Below are positions 26,711-36,339 of a DNA stretch of 64,000 bases, piece by piece (the first letter of the stretch is position 1; each line of letters opens with the position of its first letter). The position numbers and the translations under genes are program-made. The stretch comes from a virus (Duplodnaviria; Caudoviricetes): positions 1 through 64,000 of IMG/VR virus record IMGVR_UViG_2802429321_000001; one strand, 5' to 3'. The notes under the pieces are model-generated. The model saw only the letters and a program-made list of their open reading frames with translations. It had not been told where the DNA came from and searched no databases.

Positions 26711-28254
26711 TGGGTCTTCCTCTCGGCGAGCGCCAAGTCATCAAGGACCGCGGCACGCTCACTTTCATCGACCGAATCGAGTAGTTCCCTGGACACATCC
26801 GCGAGAGCCTTACCCCGCCCCAAGCGGCCCATGATCGAGCGGTAGTACTTGCCCGGCCTCTGCTCCGGTGGAGGAGCAGCCGGCGCGGGGGGAGTGGGCG
26901 GCTTCTCCGCGCCAGCCGGTTCAACCGGCGCCCGCTCAGGCGGATCCTGCGCATCCTCATAGGTCTGCGGCACCAACTCGGCGCCCGGCCCCGACACCGC
27001 GATGTACTCCCGGATCGTCCCCAGCGGCTGCATCGCCGAGTTGGCGTACAACCGGTTCGTCACGGCACCCGCGTCGTTCAGGTCGAACCACGGCCGCACC
27101 TCAGCCGGTTTCGCGATACCGTTCGTCACCAAGCTCACGGCTGTCTCCGCGCGGGTCTCGATGTTGCCGCGCAGCACCTCGTCCACCGCGAACCGGGCGA
27201 ACAGGTTCCCGATGAACTCCGGCTTCAGTGAGGAGTCCAGCAGCGACTCCAGGTCCTCGATGACCGGCGCCATCGAATCCCGGTAGAACGAACGCATCTG
27301 CTCGGTGATGTTGCTGAACGTCGCGTTGTCCGTGATCTGCAGGACCGGGGGCGGCATGTCGAACACGCCCGCGACCTCTTCACGGTTGAGGCGTCGAGAC
27401 TCGATGTACGCCATATCTTCGGCGTCGAGCTGGATCGGCATCGCCGTCATCCCGGATGGCAGGACGATCGTCGACCCCGCGTTGTCGCTGCCCGAGTGGA
27501 TCGCATCGAACTCGGCCTTGATCCTCTTGCCGATCTCCGGCTTCACAGCCTTGTCGATCGACAGAGCCAGACTCGGGCGGCCCATGTTCCGCCACCACGC
27601 CGCCATCGCACGACGTGACGAGTCCTCGTTCATGATCGTCGACCGCAGCGGCTCCAGCAGAGACCAACCGCGCATCTCCGTGTCCGGGTTGAACCGCAGC
27701 CACGCCACGACATCCGTCGCCGGCGCCTTCAAGTACCCGTACGTCGCGGTACCCAACGTGAAGATGTACTGAAGGTCCCCGGCCTTCGCACCATCCCACT
27801 CGCCATCCTGCGCGGCGCGCTTGATGAACGTTCGCGACGGATGCATCGGAAGCAGGTACTTCACCAGGCCCGTGTCAGGGTCCCGGAGCTTGTACAGGAA
27901 GGCCTCACCGTAGATGTCGTACGTCGACACCACCCAACGCCAGAACGCATACTGCGACAGCCACCAGCACGGCTGACGCAGCAACTGCGCGTACTCCGAC
28001 GTCGTGTCCAGGTTCTGGCCCGTGTTCGGCGAGTTGTCCCACACGTTCAACGACAGGCGCGCAACCGCATTCGCCCGCTTGTTCACCGCCGCCGCGACCC
28101 ACGGCTGGCTCTTGTAGATCTCCGCGTAGTAGGCGAACCGCTTCTCCAGCCACATCCCGTCGTGGGCATAGAAGTAGCCCGTCGCCATCACAGGCGTCGT
28201 CTCACCCAACGCCTGCGGCGCGAGAGGCACCACCTGGCCGTTGTTCAGCAGCAC
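26707..28254 (-). CDS. Portal protein (HK97 family)
   Basis: YGEAF, LPMHPSR, GWSLLE, FDMPP, FSNI. Confidence 0.93.
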   Translation of the reverse strand: MLLNNGQVVPLAPQALGETTPVMATGYFYAHDGMWLEKRFAYYAEIYKSQPWVAAAVNKRANAVARLSLNVWDNSPNTGQNLDTTSEYAQLLRQPCWWLSQYAFWRWVVSTYDIYGEAFLYKLRDPDTGLVKYLLPMHPSRTFIKRAAQDGEWDGAKAGDLQYIFTLGTATYGYLKAPATDVVAWLRFNPDTEMRGWSLLEPLRSTIMNEDSSRRAMAAWWRNMGRPSLALSIDKAVKPEIGKRIKAEFDAIHSGSDNAGSTIVLPSGMTAMPIQLDAEDMAYIESRRLNREEVAGVFDMPPPVLQITDNATFSNITEQMRSFYRDSMAPVIEDLESLLDSSLKPEFIGNLFARFAVDEVLRGNIETRAETAVSLVTNGIAKPAEVRPWFDLNDAGAVTNRLYANSAMQPLGTIREYIAVSGPGAELVPQTYEDAQDPPERAPVEPAGAEKPPTPPAPAAPPPEQRPGKYYRSIMGRLGRGKALADVSRELLDSVDESERAAVLDDLALAERKTQ

Positions 28255-28258
28255 AACC

Positions 28259-28504
28259 TCACCCCACGTTCGGCACAGTGCGCTGCAGGTACGCCACATT
28301 GCGACGCGCGATGTACAACTCGCCCCGCGCTGGACGCTCCACACCGTCAGACAGGACAGCCACATCCGTGAAATGCATCGACGTCCGATCGGCGTCAACA
28401 AGGACAGCGGTGAACGTCGGCCCGGAAACCGGGGTCACCACGAACCGCTCCCTCACGACCTGCTTCACCAGACGGTCACGCCCGAACACCGCGGCTCCCT
28501 CCAC
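28259..28504 (-). CDS. Small protein between terL and portal
   Basis: GELYIARRNVAYLQ; coupled position. Confidence 0.7.
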   Translation of the reverse strand: MEGAAVFGRDRLVKQVVRERFVVTPVSGPTFTAVLVDADRTSMHFTDVAVLSDGVERPARGELYIARRNVAYLQRTVPNVG

Positions 28505-28540
28505 ACATCGACGGTCGCCAGCAGGTCAGGAGCCAAACGT

Positions 28541-30259
28541 TCAGTTGTAGACAGCGAACCCGTCGTACTCGAACTCGTCGCCGACCGTGTCACCGCGAGA
28601 CATCAACGCGTTCGCCGCCATCGCCGCCGCCGGCACCGCATCGATGCGCTTCGCTGACGCGCCACGATCCGGCTTGTCCGGGCGGATCAACGCCGGGTCG
28701 TACGGGGCCTTCCGCACCTCAACCGAGTCGAAACACCAGCGGGCCACAGGGTTCCCGTGATGCCGGAACCGCTCGTCCTTCACCCAGCCCATCACCATGT
28801 CCATGCCCGGCGACATGTGCGTGTACGTGTTCGTGTACACCACGATGCTGCCCTCATCCGGATCCAGGTTCGTCCGGACCGACAACTCCTGCACCACCGG
28901 CATCGACGACCACTGGTCACCGTCAGCCCCGAGGATGTCGAACAGCGCAGCGTCATCCTCGACATCGGAGTAGATCCGCTGATAGTCAACGACGTTCCCG
29001 TCAGTGACCGTCACCCAGCCGTCACGGACCCACCGCGACATCTGGCCATCCGTGTGCTTGTCCAAGAGTGGCAACGCCGCCTCCGGCAGCCAGAACCGCC
29101 ACAGCACGTCCACCCCACCATCCCCATCCGGGAACAGCAGGCACCACGCTGTGAGGTCGAACTTCGCGGCCAAGTCGAACCCGACCCAGCACTCCCGGCC
29201 CGCCAAAAACTCACGCCCATGCTCCAGCGACGGCCACAGCTCGCCAGCCGACGCGTCATACAGGTGCATCGGCATCCACCGCGACGCCTGACCCACCCAC
29301 TGGTTCAGACGGAACTGCCGGAAGCTGTTCTCCTGCGCCGGGTTGTTCCGAGCCTCCTGCGCCTCCTGCCGCATCGCCTCGATGCTGAGGAAGTCACCCA
29401 GCGCCGGGTTCGCGAACGGCCACGTCGACTCATCAAACGGGTCCGCATCCTGCGGCGTGTTCCGCAAATACACGAACACGTGCGCCGCCCGCCCCGGATC
29501 CTCCGCAACACGCTGCATCTCCGCGTGCATCTGCCCCGCAAACCCAGCCGTGTCACTACCCGCCGTCGTCGCCGCGATCATCAACGGCTGCCGGCGAGCA
29601 CCCGAACCCATGCCGGTGCGCATCGCATCCCACATCGCCCGATCACGCCACGCCAAGATCTCGTCCGCGGCCACACCCGACGGGTTCGAACCCAACGCGC
29701 CCGCGGCATCAGCGGCGATCACCGCGTACACGCTCGCCGTCTTCGGGTCGATGATCCGCTTGTTGTGGTCCTTCACCTGCAGGCGCTTCGACAAGATCGG
29801 CGACAGCTGCACCATGCGCTTCGCCACGTCGAACACCAGCGCCGCCTGATCCCGGTCCCTGCCGACACCGAACAGCTCCGCCGACTCCTCACCATCAGCG
29901 ACCAGCAGGTACAGCATGATCGCCGCGAGTAGTTCGCTCTTGCCGTTCTTGCGCGCCAGCTCGATCCACGCGATCCGATACCGGCGGACATACGACTCCT
30001 GCTCGCCAGACCACACAACCTGGCCGAACAGTGGACGCACGATGTCGTCCCGCTGCCAGTCACACAAGATGAACGGCGTGCGGGCGTACCTGCCTTTCGT
30101 GTGCAGGCAGATCTCCTCGATAAACGCCTGCGCGTGATCAGCCCGCGGCTCACAAAAATGCTCCCCACGCCGCCGGCAAGTCACCCCATCCAGCGTGTAG
30201 CCACACGCTGGCGGCAACCCGCTAGCTGAGGAGCCGCTCGGCGCCCGACGCCCGCTCAT
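28541..30259 (-). CDS. terL: Terminase large subunit
   Basis: ELARKNGKS Walker A, VAADE Walker B, TTAG, GFDLA, RIDAV. Confidence 0.97.
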   Translation of the reverse strand: MSGRRAPSGSSASGLPPACGYTLDGVTCRRRGEHFCEPRADHAQAFIEEICLHTKGRYARTPFILCDWQRDDIVRPLFGQVVWSGEQESYVRRYRIAWIELARKNGKSELLAAIMLYLLVADGEESAELFGVGRDRDQAALVFDVAKRMVQLSPILSKRLQVKDHNKRIIDPKTASVYAVIAADAAGALGSNPSGVAADEILAWRDRAMWDAMRTGMGSGARRQPLMIAATTAGSDTAGFAGQMHAEMQRVAEDPGRAAHVFVYLRNTPQDADPFDESTWPFANPALGDFLSIEAMRQEAQEARNNPAQENSFRQFRLNQWVGQASRWMPMHLYDASAGELWPSLEHGREFLAGRECWVGFDLAAKFDLTAWCLLFPDGDGGVDVLWRFWLPEAALPLLDKHTDGQMSRWVRDGWVTVTDGNVVDYQRIYSDVEDDAALFDILGADGDQWSSMPVVQELSVRTNLDPDEGSIVVYTNTYTHMSPGMDMVMGWVKDERFRHHGNPVARWCFDSVEVRKAPYDPALIRPDKPDRGASAKRIDAVPAAAMAANALMSRGDTVGDEFEYDGFAVYN

Positions 30260-30680
30260 CGCCGCCGCCAATCGACAACTGAGCCCGATCGCTCGGAGTC
30301 AGCCCGAACCGGCCGCCCAGCTTCACCATCGCGTCGATGCTGTCCCGCATGATCTGCCAGTACGGAGACTTGATCTCCCCGCCCGCAGCGCCCCGTCCAG
30401 TCAGGCCGTAGGTAGTGAGGTGCTCCGACGCCTCCCGGAACGTGCCTGCCGCCACACAGTAGGCAGTGAACGCGTGCACATCCCACGCCGTCAGAACATG
30501 CTTGACAATCAAGTCCGGCGCCAACAGGTCCCACGCTGCCCGCGCGTACTCCGTCAACTCCTGCGTCGGCTCGATCCGCTCCTCCGCAGGCTGCGGCTCA
30601 GCAGTGTTGATCCGGTACGGCCGCTCCCCGTGCAGGACCCGGAGAGCATTCGGCTTAGGCGCAGGACCCCGCTTCCCCAT
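30222..30680 (-). CDS. terS: Terminase small subunit (P27-like)
   Basis: MGKRGPAPKP, FGLTPSDR. Confidence 0.93.
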   Translation of the reverse strand: MGKRGPAPKPNALRVLHGERPYRINTAEPQPAEERIEPTQELTEYARAAWDLLAPDLIVKHVLTAWDVHAFTAYCVAAGTFREASEHLTTYGLTGRGAAGGEIKSPYWQIMRDSIDAMVKLGGRFGLTPSDRAQLSIGGGDERASGAERLLS

Positions 30681-31464
30681 GGAACGACCTCCGCTTGTCC
30701 TGTGCCCGCACGTTGCACCCGAGGTGAGCGGCCTGCACGTTCTCGTAGGTGTGGCTCCCGCCGCGAGACAGCGGCACGATGTGGTCGAGGCTTGGTGAAC
30801 CAGGGTTGGGCCACGACAGCGTGTAGTCGATGTGCTCGTTGCACAAACCGCACACCCAGCGGTCCCGAACAAAGACCTTCAGCCGGTCAACCCGCTCCAC
30901 TGCAGTCTCGGCGCAGCGGATGCGGCGAGTGTGGTTCTTCGCCGCGTCACGCTCCGCCTTCTTCGCCCGCAACGCCAGCGCGGAGCACTCAGGCGAGCAG
31001 TACGCCTTGCACCTGGACGACGGGAACTCCGTGCCGCAGATACCGCACGGCATGAACGTGCCAGCCGCCCGCCTGACCCCTCGACGCAGCCGGGCGTAGT
31101 TCAACGCACACTCGTCAGAGCAGTACCGGCGCTTGCGGCCCACGAAGGTGTAGCAGCTACCGCACATTCCGCATGTGGACGTGCGCTCCACGCTGGTAGG
31201 TAAAACCTGCCGGGCCTTCTGGACTGGGTAGTGCGCCCGCTTCCGACACTGAGCCGAGCAGTACATGTTGGGTCGACCAGTTGCTTGGCGACGTTCATAC
31301 GGTTCCAGGCAGAAGGTGCACTGTGCGACGTCGCCTACCTCGTGCTTGCGCTTGGGTGTGGACGGTCGACACGACGGCGAACAGTAGACAGCCCCTCGGC
31401 CCTTGCCTTCCCCCTTGACTGGCAACGGGTTCTCGCACCCGACCACCCCACAAACGCCGCTCAT
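30655..31464 (-). CDS. Free-standing HNH endonuclease with tandem zinc fingers
   Basis: Four CxxC...YCSxxC units plus SLDHIVPLSRGGSHTYENVQAAHLGCN. Confidence 0.9.
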   Translation of the reverse strand: MSGVCGVVGCENPLPVKGEGKGRGAVYCSPSCRPSTPKRKHEVGDVAQCTFCLEPYERRQATGRPNMYCSAQCRKRAHYPVQKARQVLPTSVERTSTCGMCGSCYTFVGRKRRYCSDECALNYARLRRGVRRAAGTFMPCGICGTEFPSSRCKAYCSPECSALALRAKKAERDAAKNHTRRIRCAETAVERVDRLKVFVRDRWVCGLCNEHIDYTLSWPNPGSPSLDHIVPLSRGGSHTYENVQAAHLGCNVRAQDKRRSFHGEAGSCA

Positions 31465-31599
31465 CAGCCCATTTTCCCTGCCCTGGGACCTATTTTTTAG
31501 TTTCGGCGCGGGTGATTCTGGGGCCAACATCCTTGGATACCCTTGCAGCCATAAGGCAGCCCAACATGGCGGTGCGTAGCCCATTTGGAGTAGAGATTT

Positions 31600-31720
31600 C
31601 TCGGTACCCTATGGGGTCTATGTCCGATTCTGCATGTTCACCCGAATGGCGGGTTGCAAAAATATCGGAGCCGCGCTAAAGGGGGGGCCTGACCTCCCAC
31701 CTGTGTCAACCACAGCCCTC
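31600..31720. other. Candidate cos/packaging region
   Basis: Non-coding, with A/T runs and G7, upstream of terS; exact cut site not identifiable. Confidence 0.3.
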
Positions 31721-32029
31721 AGGGGCCCCAGGGGAGGCCAGTGGCAGCCCCTAGACCACCAGGGCAGGCAGGCACTCAAGGCGCCCGAGGGGACGATGTG
31801 GCGCCCGACAGCGGGCATCCTGTCCAGTGCTCGCCCTGCCCTGCTGGTGTCCACCCCTGCGGGTGTAGTGCGGGGCGGGTGCTTGTGGTGCGCGTGCTGT
31901 CAGGACCGGGGTGTAGTGGTGTTGGTGTGGCGTGCGCCAGCCAGTGCGGGCGGGATGCGCCCAGTGGTGGCAGCGAGGATGGCGGCCTGTCGCTCCATCA
32001 TGCTGACTGCAGGTTGCCTGCGGTAGCCA

Positions 32030-32464
32030 TCATGCACGCCCCGGCTGGTGCCAGGCGCCCGCACGGGCACGTTCAGCCTGTTGGACCCTGGCGTCAACCA
32101 GGCGCCCCACCTCGTGTGAATCGGGTGAACTGATGACGATGTACGTGTCGTTGCTGTGGCACGAGCAGACGCAGGGCCTGTCCTTGGGTTCGATCACGCC
32201 ACCCTCGGCGTACACGGTGGGCTGCTGCTCGGTCACGCCGGGATCGCCTTCCTGCAGTGCATGCTGCTCGGAGCTGGCTGCACCTGGCTGGTGTACCAAC
32301 GGAAAGAAGATTCTGGGTGCAGCTGCCCTCATGGCTTCGAACGTCTCGCGGGGCAGTCGGGCGACGAGCTGGCCGTCAACCTTGTAGAGGTCGACCGTGT
32401 TCGGTGCGGCGTGGGGAATGAGCGCGTGGAACAGGGGCCGCTGGGGTGTTGGCTTGCGCTTCAC
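32030..32464 (-). CDS. Hypothetical protein
   Basis: Coupled ORF in leftward operon. Confidence 0.55.
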   Translation of the reverse strand: MKRKPTPQRPLFHALIPHAAPNTVDLYKVDGQLVARLPRETFEAMRAAAPRIFFPLVHQPGAASSEQHALQEGDPGVTEQQPTVYAEGGVIEPKDRPCVCSCHSNDTYIVISSPDSHEVGRLVDARVQQAERARAGAWHQPGRA

Positions 32465-33045
32465 GCTGCACCATCGACGGTGATGCCATAGCCGACGGCG
32501 ATGTCCTTGAGGGTGGCGCAGGGCCAGGGCTCGTAGTCGCCGTCTTGCTCGCTGATGCAGTGGTCGCAGCCGTTGCCCATGGTGCAGGTGGCGCAGTACT
32601 CGATGTCGCGGAGCCCGTCGGGGCTGGTGTCGTCAGCGGCTATGCCGGTGCCTGGCTTGTGGCGGACAATGATGCGGCGGTCTGCCGTGCAGCGGCGGAG
32701 TACGGCGAGATCCGGGCTCGGTTTCGCGTTGCATGTGGTCAGCCACTGTTCGTGGGTCAGTGGGCACCTGCAGGGGTCTTCGTAGTAGACCGGGCCACTG
32801 GTTGTCTGGCGCGTGAAGCAGCTTCTGGTGACACCATCATGGCGAGACCAGGTACCGAGTGTCGCGGTGCAAACAGGGCATTTGGCCAGTTCGGGTTGAC
32901 CCAGTGTCGTTTTGGCGTTCTCGGACCGCTCGACGCTTGCGATGGCGACGAGGATGCGGTGGGTCAGGTCTGATGCTGGCGGCATGATTTGACCTTCTGA
33001 ATCGAGTACCTTCTCGACAAGTTCGGCACTTACGTGATCTTGCAT
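32461..33045 (-). CDS. Hypothetical Cys-rich phage protein
   Basis: CxxC motifs, WPCAT. Confidence 0.6.
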   Translation of the reverse strand: MQDHVSAELVEKVLDSEGQIMPPASDLTHRILVAIASVERSENAKTTLGQPELAKCPVCTATLGTWSRHDGVTRSCFTRQTTSGPVYYEDPCRCPLTHEQWLTTCNAKPSPDLAVLRRCTADRRIIVRHKPGTGIAADDTSPDGLRDIEYCATCTMGNGCDHCISEQDGDYEPWPCATLKDIAVGYGITVDGAA

Positions 33046-33059
33046 GGGGTGCTGACTGC

Positions 33060-33422
33060 TTACCGCTCCCGCCCGAACCGGTGTCCGGGCTGCAGCCGTG
33101 CGGTCTGTGCGTTATGGCAGGCAACACACAAGCCCCGCCCATGCTGCGGGTCGTTGGGGTCCGCGCCCGCGGCGACGAGTTCCCGCCGGGACTTCGGGTA
33201 GTGGTCGGCGACCACGGCAGGTTCCCCGCAGAGAACGCACAGTGGGTTCTTCTCCAGGACCCCGGCACGGAACCGGTTTCGGTGCTCTGTCCCATAGCCG
33301 CGTTGTGTGGCGTCTCCGCGTTTGCTCTCGGAGAGCTTGCGGACTTGGGCGTGGCAGCGGCGGCAGCGGCCGACGGTGGGTTGCCCGCAGCGTCCGCATC
33401 GGCGGGGCGGCCGGTTAGGCAC
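33060..33422 (-). CDS. Packaging-associated HNH endonuclease
   Basis: CGRC...RGYG...CVLCG..AVVADH...GLCVACHNAQT. Confidence 0.9.
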   Translation of the reverse strand: MPNRPPRRCGRCGQPTVGRCRRCHAQVRKLSESKRGDATQRGYGTEHRNRFRAGVLEKNPLCVLCGEPAVVADHYPKSRRELVAAGADPNDPQHGRGLCVACHNAQTARLQPGHRFGRER

Positions 33423-33837
33423 CGGCTTGGCTGGCTGGCGGGTCGATGCGCTGCTCGATGGTGGTGCCGTCGCCGAGGTGCCAGGTGATACCGGACAGCT
33501 GATAGTCGCGATACTGGCCGTCGATGTGGCTGCTCGTGTAGATCGGCGTCATCGACACCGCACCAGCGGGGGCGTCGGGCATGTACACGTGGAACGTGGT
33601 GGTGTGGAGTTCCTGGCCGCGTGGGCTCAGGATCGTGGCGCCGGCGGGGAGCCTGAACAGATCGGCGAGGATCGTGTTGTTGCAGCGGAGCTCGACGACA
33701 TGCCCGGGGTGCGGCTGCTGGTCGCAGCGTGGGTGGTGGCCGTTGGGGGCGCCGATGCGGAGGTCGACGGCCCACCTGTTGCAGTCGCAGGAGGTTGGAG
33801 CCTCAGTGTCGGGTGCGGCGTGCCTAGGGGTCGTCAC
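33415..33837 (-). CDS. Hypothetical protein
   Basis: Coupled ORF. Confidence 0.55.
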   Translation of the reverse strand: MTTPRHAAPDTEAPTSCDCNRWAVDLRIGAPNGHHPRCDQQPHPGHVVELRCNNTILADLFRLPAGATILSPRGQELHTTTFHVYMPDAPAGAVSMTPIYTSSHIDGQYRDYQLSGITWHLGDGTTIEQRIDPPASQAGA

Positions 33838-34253
33838 TAGCTTCCCCCGTGGCCGTCGTTGTCCCGCGTGTAGCGGTCAGCTTGCTCTGCGGTCATGACG
33901 TACTCGCCATCAGCGTGAGCGTGGCTGGCGCGGACTATCCCGATCCCCGGAGGTAGATGGCCGCCGTTGTCGTAGTGGCGTTGCTGTTCAACCGGCAGCT
34001 CGGTCGGCTCTGCCAGGACTTCACCCCTGAGCAGCTCTCTTTGCTCGTCGATGCGGCGAATGGTGACCACAAGCCTCTTCGGTACCGCGAACACGACCTT
34101 GTTGTCGCTGTCCTTGAACTGCAGCAGGTCGTGGGCCTGCTCGCCGCTCATGCTGAAGTAGGCGGCGTGGACCTTGGTCCGTTCCGCGTTGCCGCCGTTA
34201 CTGAAGTAGGTGAGCTGCCACGTGCGCATCGGGGGAGTCTTCTGCTCGGTCAT
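33837..34253 (-). CDS. Hypothetical protein
   Basis: ATG with RBS; coupled to the next gene. Confidence 0.55.
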   Translation of the reverse strand: MTEQKTPPMRTWQLTYFSNGGNAERTKVHAAYFSMSGEQAHDLLQFKDSDNKVVFAVPKRLVVTIRRIDEQRELLRGEVLAEPTELPVEQQRHYDNGGHLPPGIGIVRASHAHADGEYVMTAEQADRYTRDNDGHGGS

Positions 34254-35241
34254 GGTTGTTCCCGTGGTGGTTGAGGTTGTAGGCGTCGAGCCAGTGGTGC
34301 AGGTTGTGGTCGATGGTCCAGCCGCGTGCGACCTGCCGGGCTGCAATGCTCATCGCCGCCCGGGTATCTGGGTCGGCGAGTGCGCGGAGCGCTGTGGTCC
34401 AGTCGTGCGGGTACTTCACGAGCCACCCGGTCTCGCCGTGGGCCACGGTGTCCGCGTACGGGCCGAAGTCGGAGGCGATGACGGGGATACCGAGGGCGCC
34501 AAGCTCACGAACCCGCAGGTCGGACTTGGACCGGTTGAACACGCCAGGCCTGAGTGGCGCGAGGCCGATGTCGAAGTCGATGTACCGCAGGTAGTCCTCG
34601 ACCCCAGGCAGCCAGTTACTGTGCCGTGCCCGGTTCGGGCGAGCAGTGAAGTAGGCGCCGATCGTGTGCAGCTCGACGTCGGGGTTGCGGTCCACGAACC
34701 GTTTCACGGCGGGCGCGCACTCGTCCCAGTCTTTCAGGTGGCTGTAGCCGCCGGCCCAACCGACCGTGAGGAGGTCGTTGGTGACGGGCGGCTGGTGGTC
34801 GAGCATCCACGAGTCGACGCAGTTCGGGACGACGGCGACGTTCGAGTTGAACTTCGAGGCAACCTCGGCGAGCGTCGCGGTGGACACGGTGACGAGGTGG
34901 GCTGCGGCGATGTTGCGTTCGAGGTCCCGCAGAGCCTGCTGGTTGTACACGGAGAATGCGGGTTCGTTGTGGGCCTCGATGTTCCACATGTCGTCGTCCA
35001 GGTCGAGTACCAGCATGCTGTCGCTGTGCTCGGCGAGGTGCTGCCAGGTTCGTGTGGATCCTGGGTCAGCGAGTCTCTGCGCGACGATGACATCGGCGGT
35101 GGAGTCGTGGAGCACGTCCAACGGCAGTACGCGGCCGTAGGTGGCGTCGAAGCCACGCGAGGCGAGCGCCTTCAGCGGCACTTGGATCCGGTAGTGGCCG
35201 CAGCCTGATGTGTCCTCTTGCCAGCCGAAGATGCGGGTCAC
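34198..35241 (-). CDS. GT-B glycosyltransferase (GT4-like)
   Basis: SGCGHYR, LDLDDD, VVPNCVD, VGWAGG, DIGLAPL...SKSDLRVRELGALG. Confidence 0.9.
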   Translation of the reverse strand: MTRIFGWQEDTSGCGHYRIQVPLKALASRGFDATYGRVLPLDVLHDSTADVIVAQRLADPGSTRTWQHLAEHSDSMLVLDLDDDMWNIEAHNEPAFSVYNQQALRDLERNIAAAHLVTVSTATLAEVASKFNSNVAVVPNCVDSWMLDHQPPVTNDLLTVGWAGGYSHLKDWDECAPAVKRFVDRNPDVELHTIGAYFTARPNRARHSNWLPGVEDYLRYIDFDIGLAPLRPGVFNRSKSDLRVRELGALGIPVIASDFGPYADTVAHGETGWLVKYPHDWTTALRALADPDTRAAMSIAARQVARGWTIDHNLHHWLDAYNLNHHGNNHDRAEDSPDAHVAAHLLQ

Positions 35242-35561
35242 GGCGTCGGCCCACTCGGCGCCTCGGTGGCGTAGCGGATGCCGCGAACCGAGATGGGGTC
35301 GGGGCGCCCGTCGTGGTGGTAGACGAGGTGCAGCGCAGTCGAGCCCGCCGGCGCATCGGGGGCTTCGATCCCGAACGTGACGAGCCCGGTGTCGGGGTCG
35401 ACGTCGGCGGAGATAACGCGAGTGTGGAGCGGCAGGTGCAGGAGGCGGTGCAGCATCTGCCCGGAGATCTGGAACTCGATACCCGGCTGCTCGGGCTGCT
35501 CGCTGGGTTGCTGCTGCGGGTTGCCGGTGCGGGCCCGATGCTGGGTGCGGGTGCGTGTCAC
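35238..35561 (-). CDS. Hypothetical protein
   Basis: 4-nt overlaps on both sides. Confidence 0.55.
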   Translation of the reverse strand: MTRTRTQHRARTGNPQQQPSEQPEQPGIEFQISGQMLHRLLHLPLHTRVISADVDPDTGLVTFGIEAPDAPAGSTALHLVYHHDGRPDPISVRGIRYATEAPSGPTP

Positions 35562-35797
35562 TGCTTCTCCTCGTCGGTCGAGGACTTGATCTCGAGGAGA
35601 CGCGGGTAGAGCGTGAGGGTGACCGCGGTGAATGCACTCTTGCCTGCATCGCCCGCTTTGATCTGGATGCCGTCTTCGGCGATCAGGCCGACATCGACAC
35701 CGTTGATGTAGACGTGACCGGGGAGCAGCGGGCCGGATGCGGGCCCATTGGGTTCGATGATCTCGATGTGTGCACCCGTTGCTGGCGGCTGGGGCAT
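35558..35797 (-). CDS. Hypothetical protein
   Basis: VYINGVDVG; RBS. Confidence 0.6.
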   Translation of the reverse strand: MPQPPATGAHIEIIEPNGPASGPLLPGHVYINGVDVGLIAEDGIQIKAGDAGKSAFTAVTLTLYPRLLEIKSSTDEEKQ

Positions 35798-35840
35798 CGT
35801 TCCTCCTGGCGGACATCTGTGCAGATGGTTGCGCTACCCC

Positions 35841-35880
35841 TTGAAACTTCACTACGGGCGTAGCATACTTACAAGTGAAG
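35841..35880 (+). promoter_or_regulatory. Sigma70-like promoter with overlapping inverted repeat
   Basis: TTGAAA-17-CATACT; CTTCACT...AGTGAAG. Confidence 0.6.
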
Positions 35881-35902
35881 GCTCGAAGTGAGGAGGTCCA
35901 CG

Positions 35903-36094
35903 ATGGACGCCATCGTCAAAAGCGCCGGAGGTCCGACCGAGGCTGTCGTATGGACTGCCAAGAACCTCGTTGGCCTGAATGCCAGCGACGACTCCTACTA
36001 CGACATGCTGCTCACCCCGGAGCAGGCTGAAGCCCTGGCTCAGGCGCTGCTCCTCAAGGCCGCCGAGGCTCGACACGCGACGGAGAACCAGTGA
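35903..36094 (+). CDS. Small hypothetical protein
   Basis: GAGGAGG RBS after the promoter. Confidence 0.7.
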   Translation: MDAIVKSAGGPTEAVVWTAKNLVGLNASDDSYYDMLLTPEQAEALAQALLLKAAEARHATENQ

Positions 36095-36339
36095 CCAGGA
36101 AACTGCTCACCACTGCCGACATCGCAGAACTGCGTGGGCTGGCCAACGCCGCCGTCGCCCGCACCTGGATTAGGCGTGTCGGTCTCAAGGCGGTCGACCG
36201 CGATCCCGTCACCGACGCCAAGCTCTACGACCAGGGCGAGGTTCAGGCAGCGGCTAAGTCGATGCCTGGCAAGGGCGTTGGTGGCGGCCGTCCAAGTCAG
36301 AAGTCAGTGGGCGCAGCCCAGGAGGAGCCAGGCAAGTAG
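36091..36339 (+). CDS. MerR/Xis-like HTH protein
   Basis: LLTTADIAELRGLANAAVARTWIRR...LYDQGEV. Confidence 0.7.
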   Translation: MTRKLLTTADIAELRGLANAAVARTWIRRVGLKAVDRDPVTDAKLYDQGEVQAAAKSMPGKGVGGGRPSQKSVGAAQEEPGK

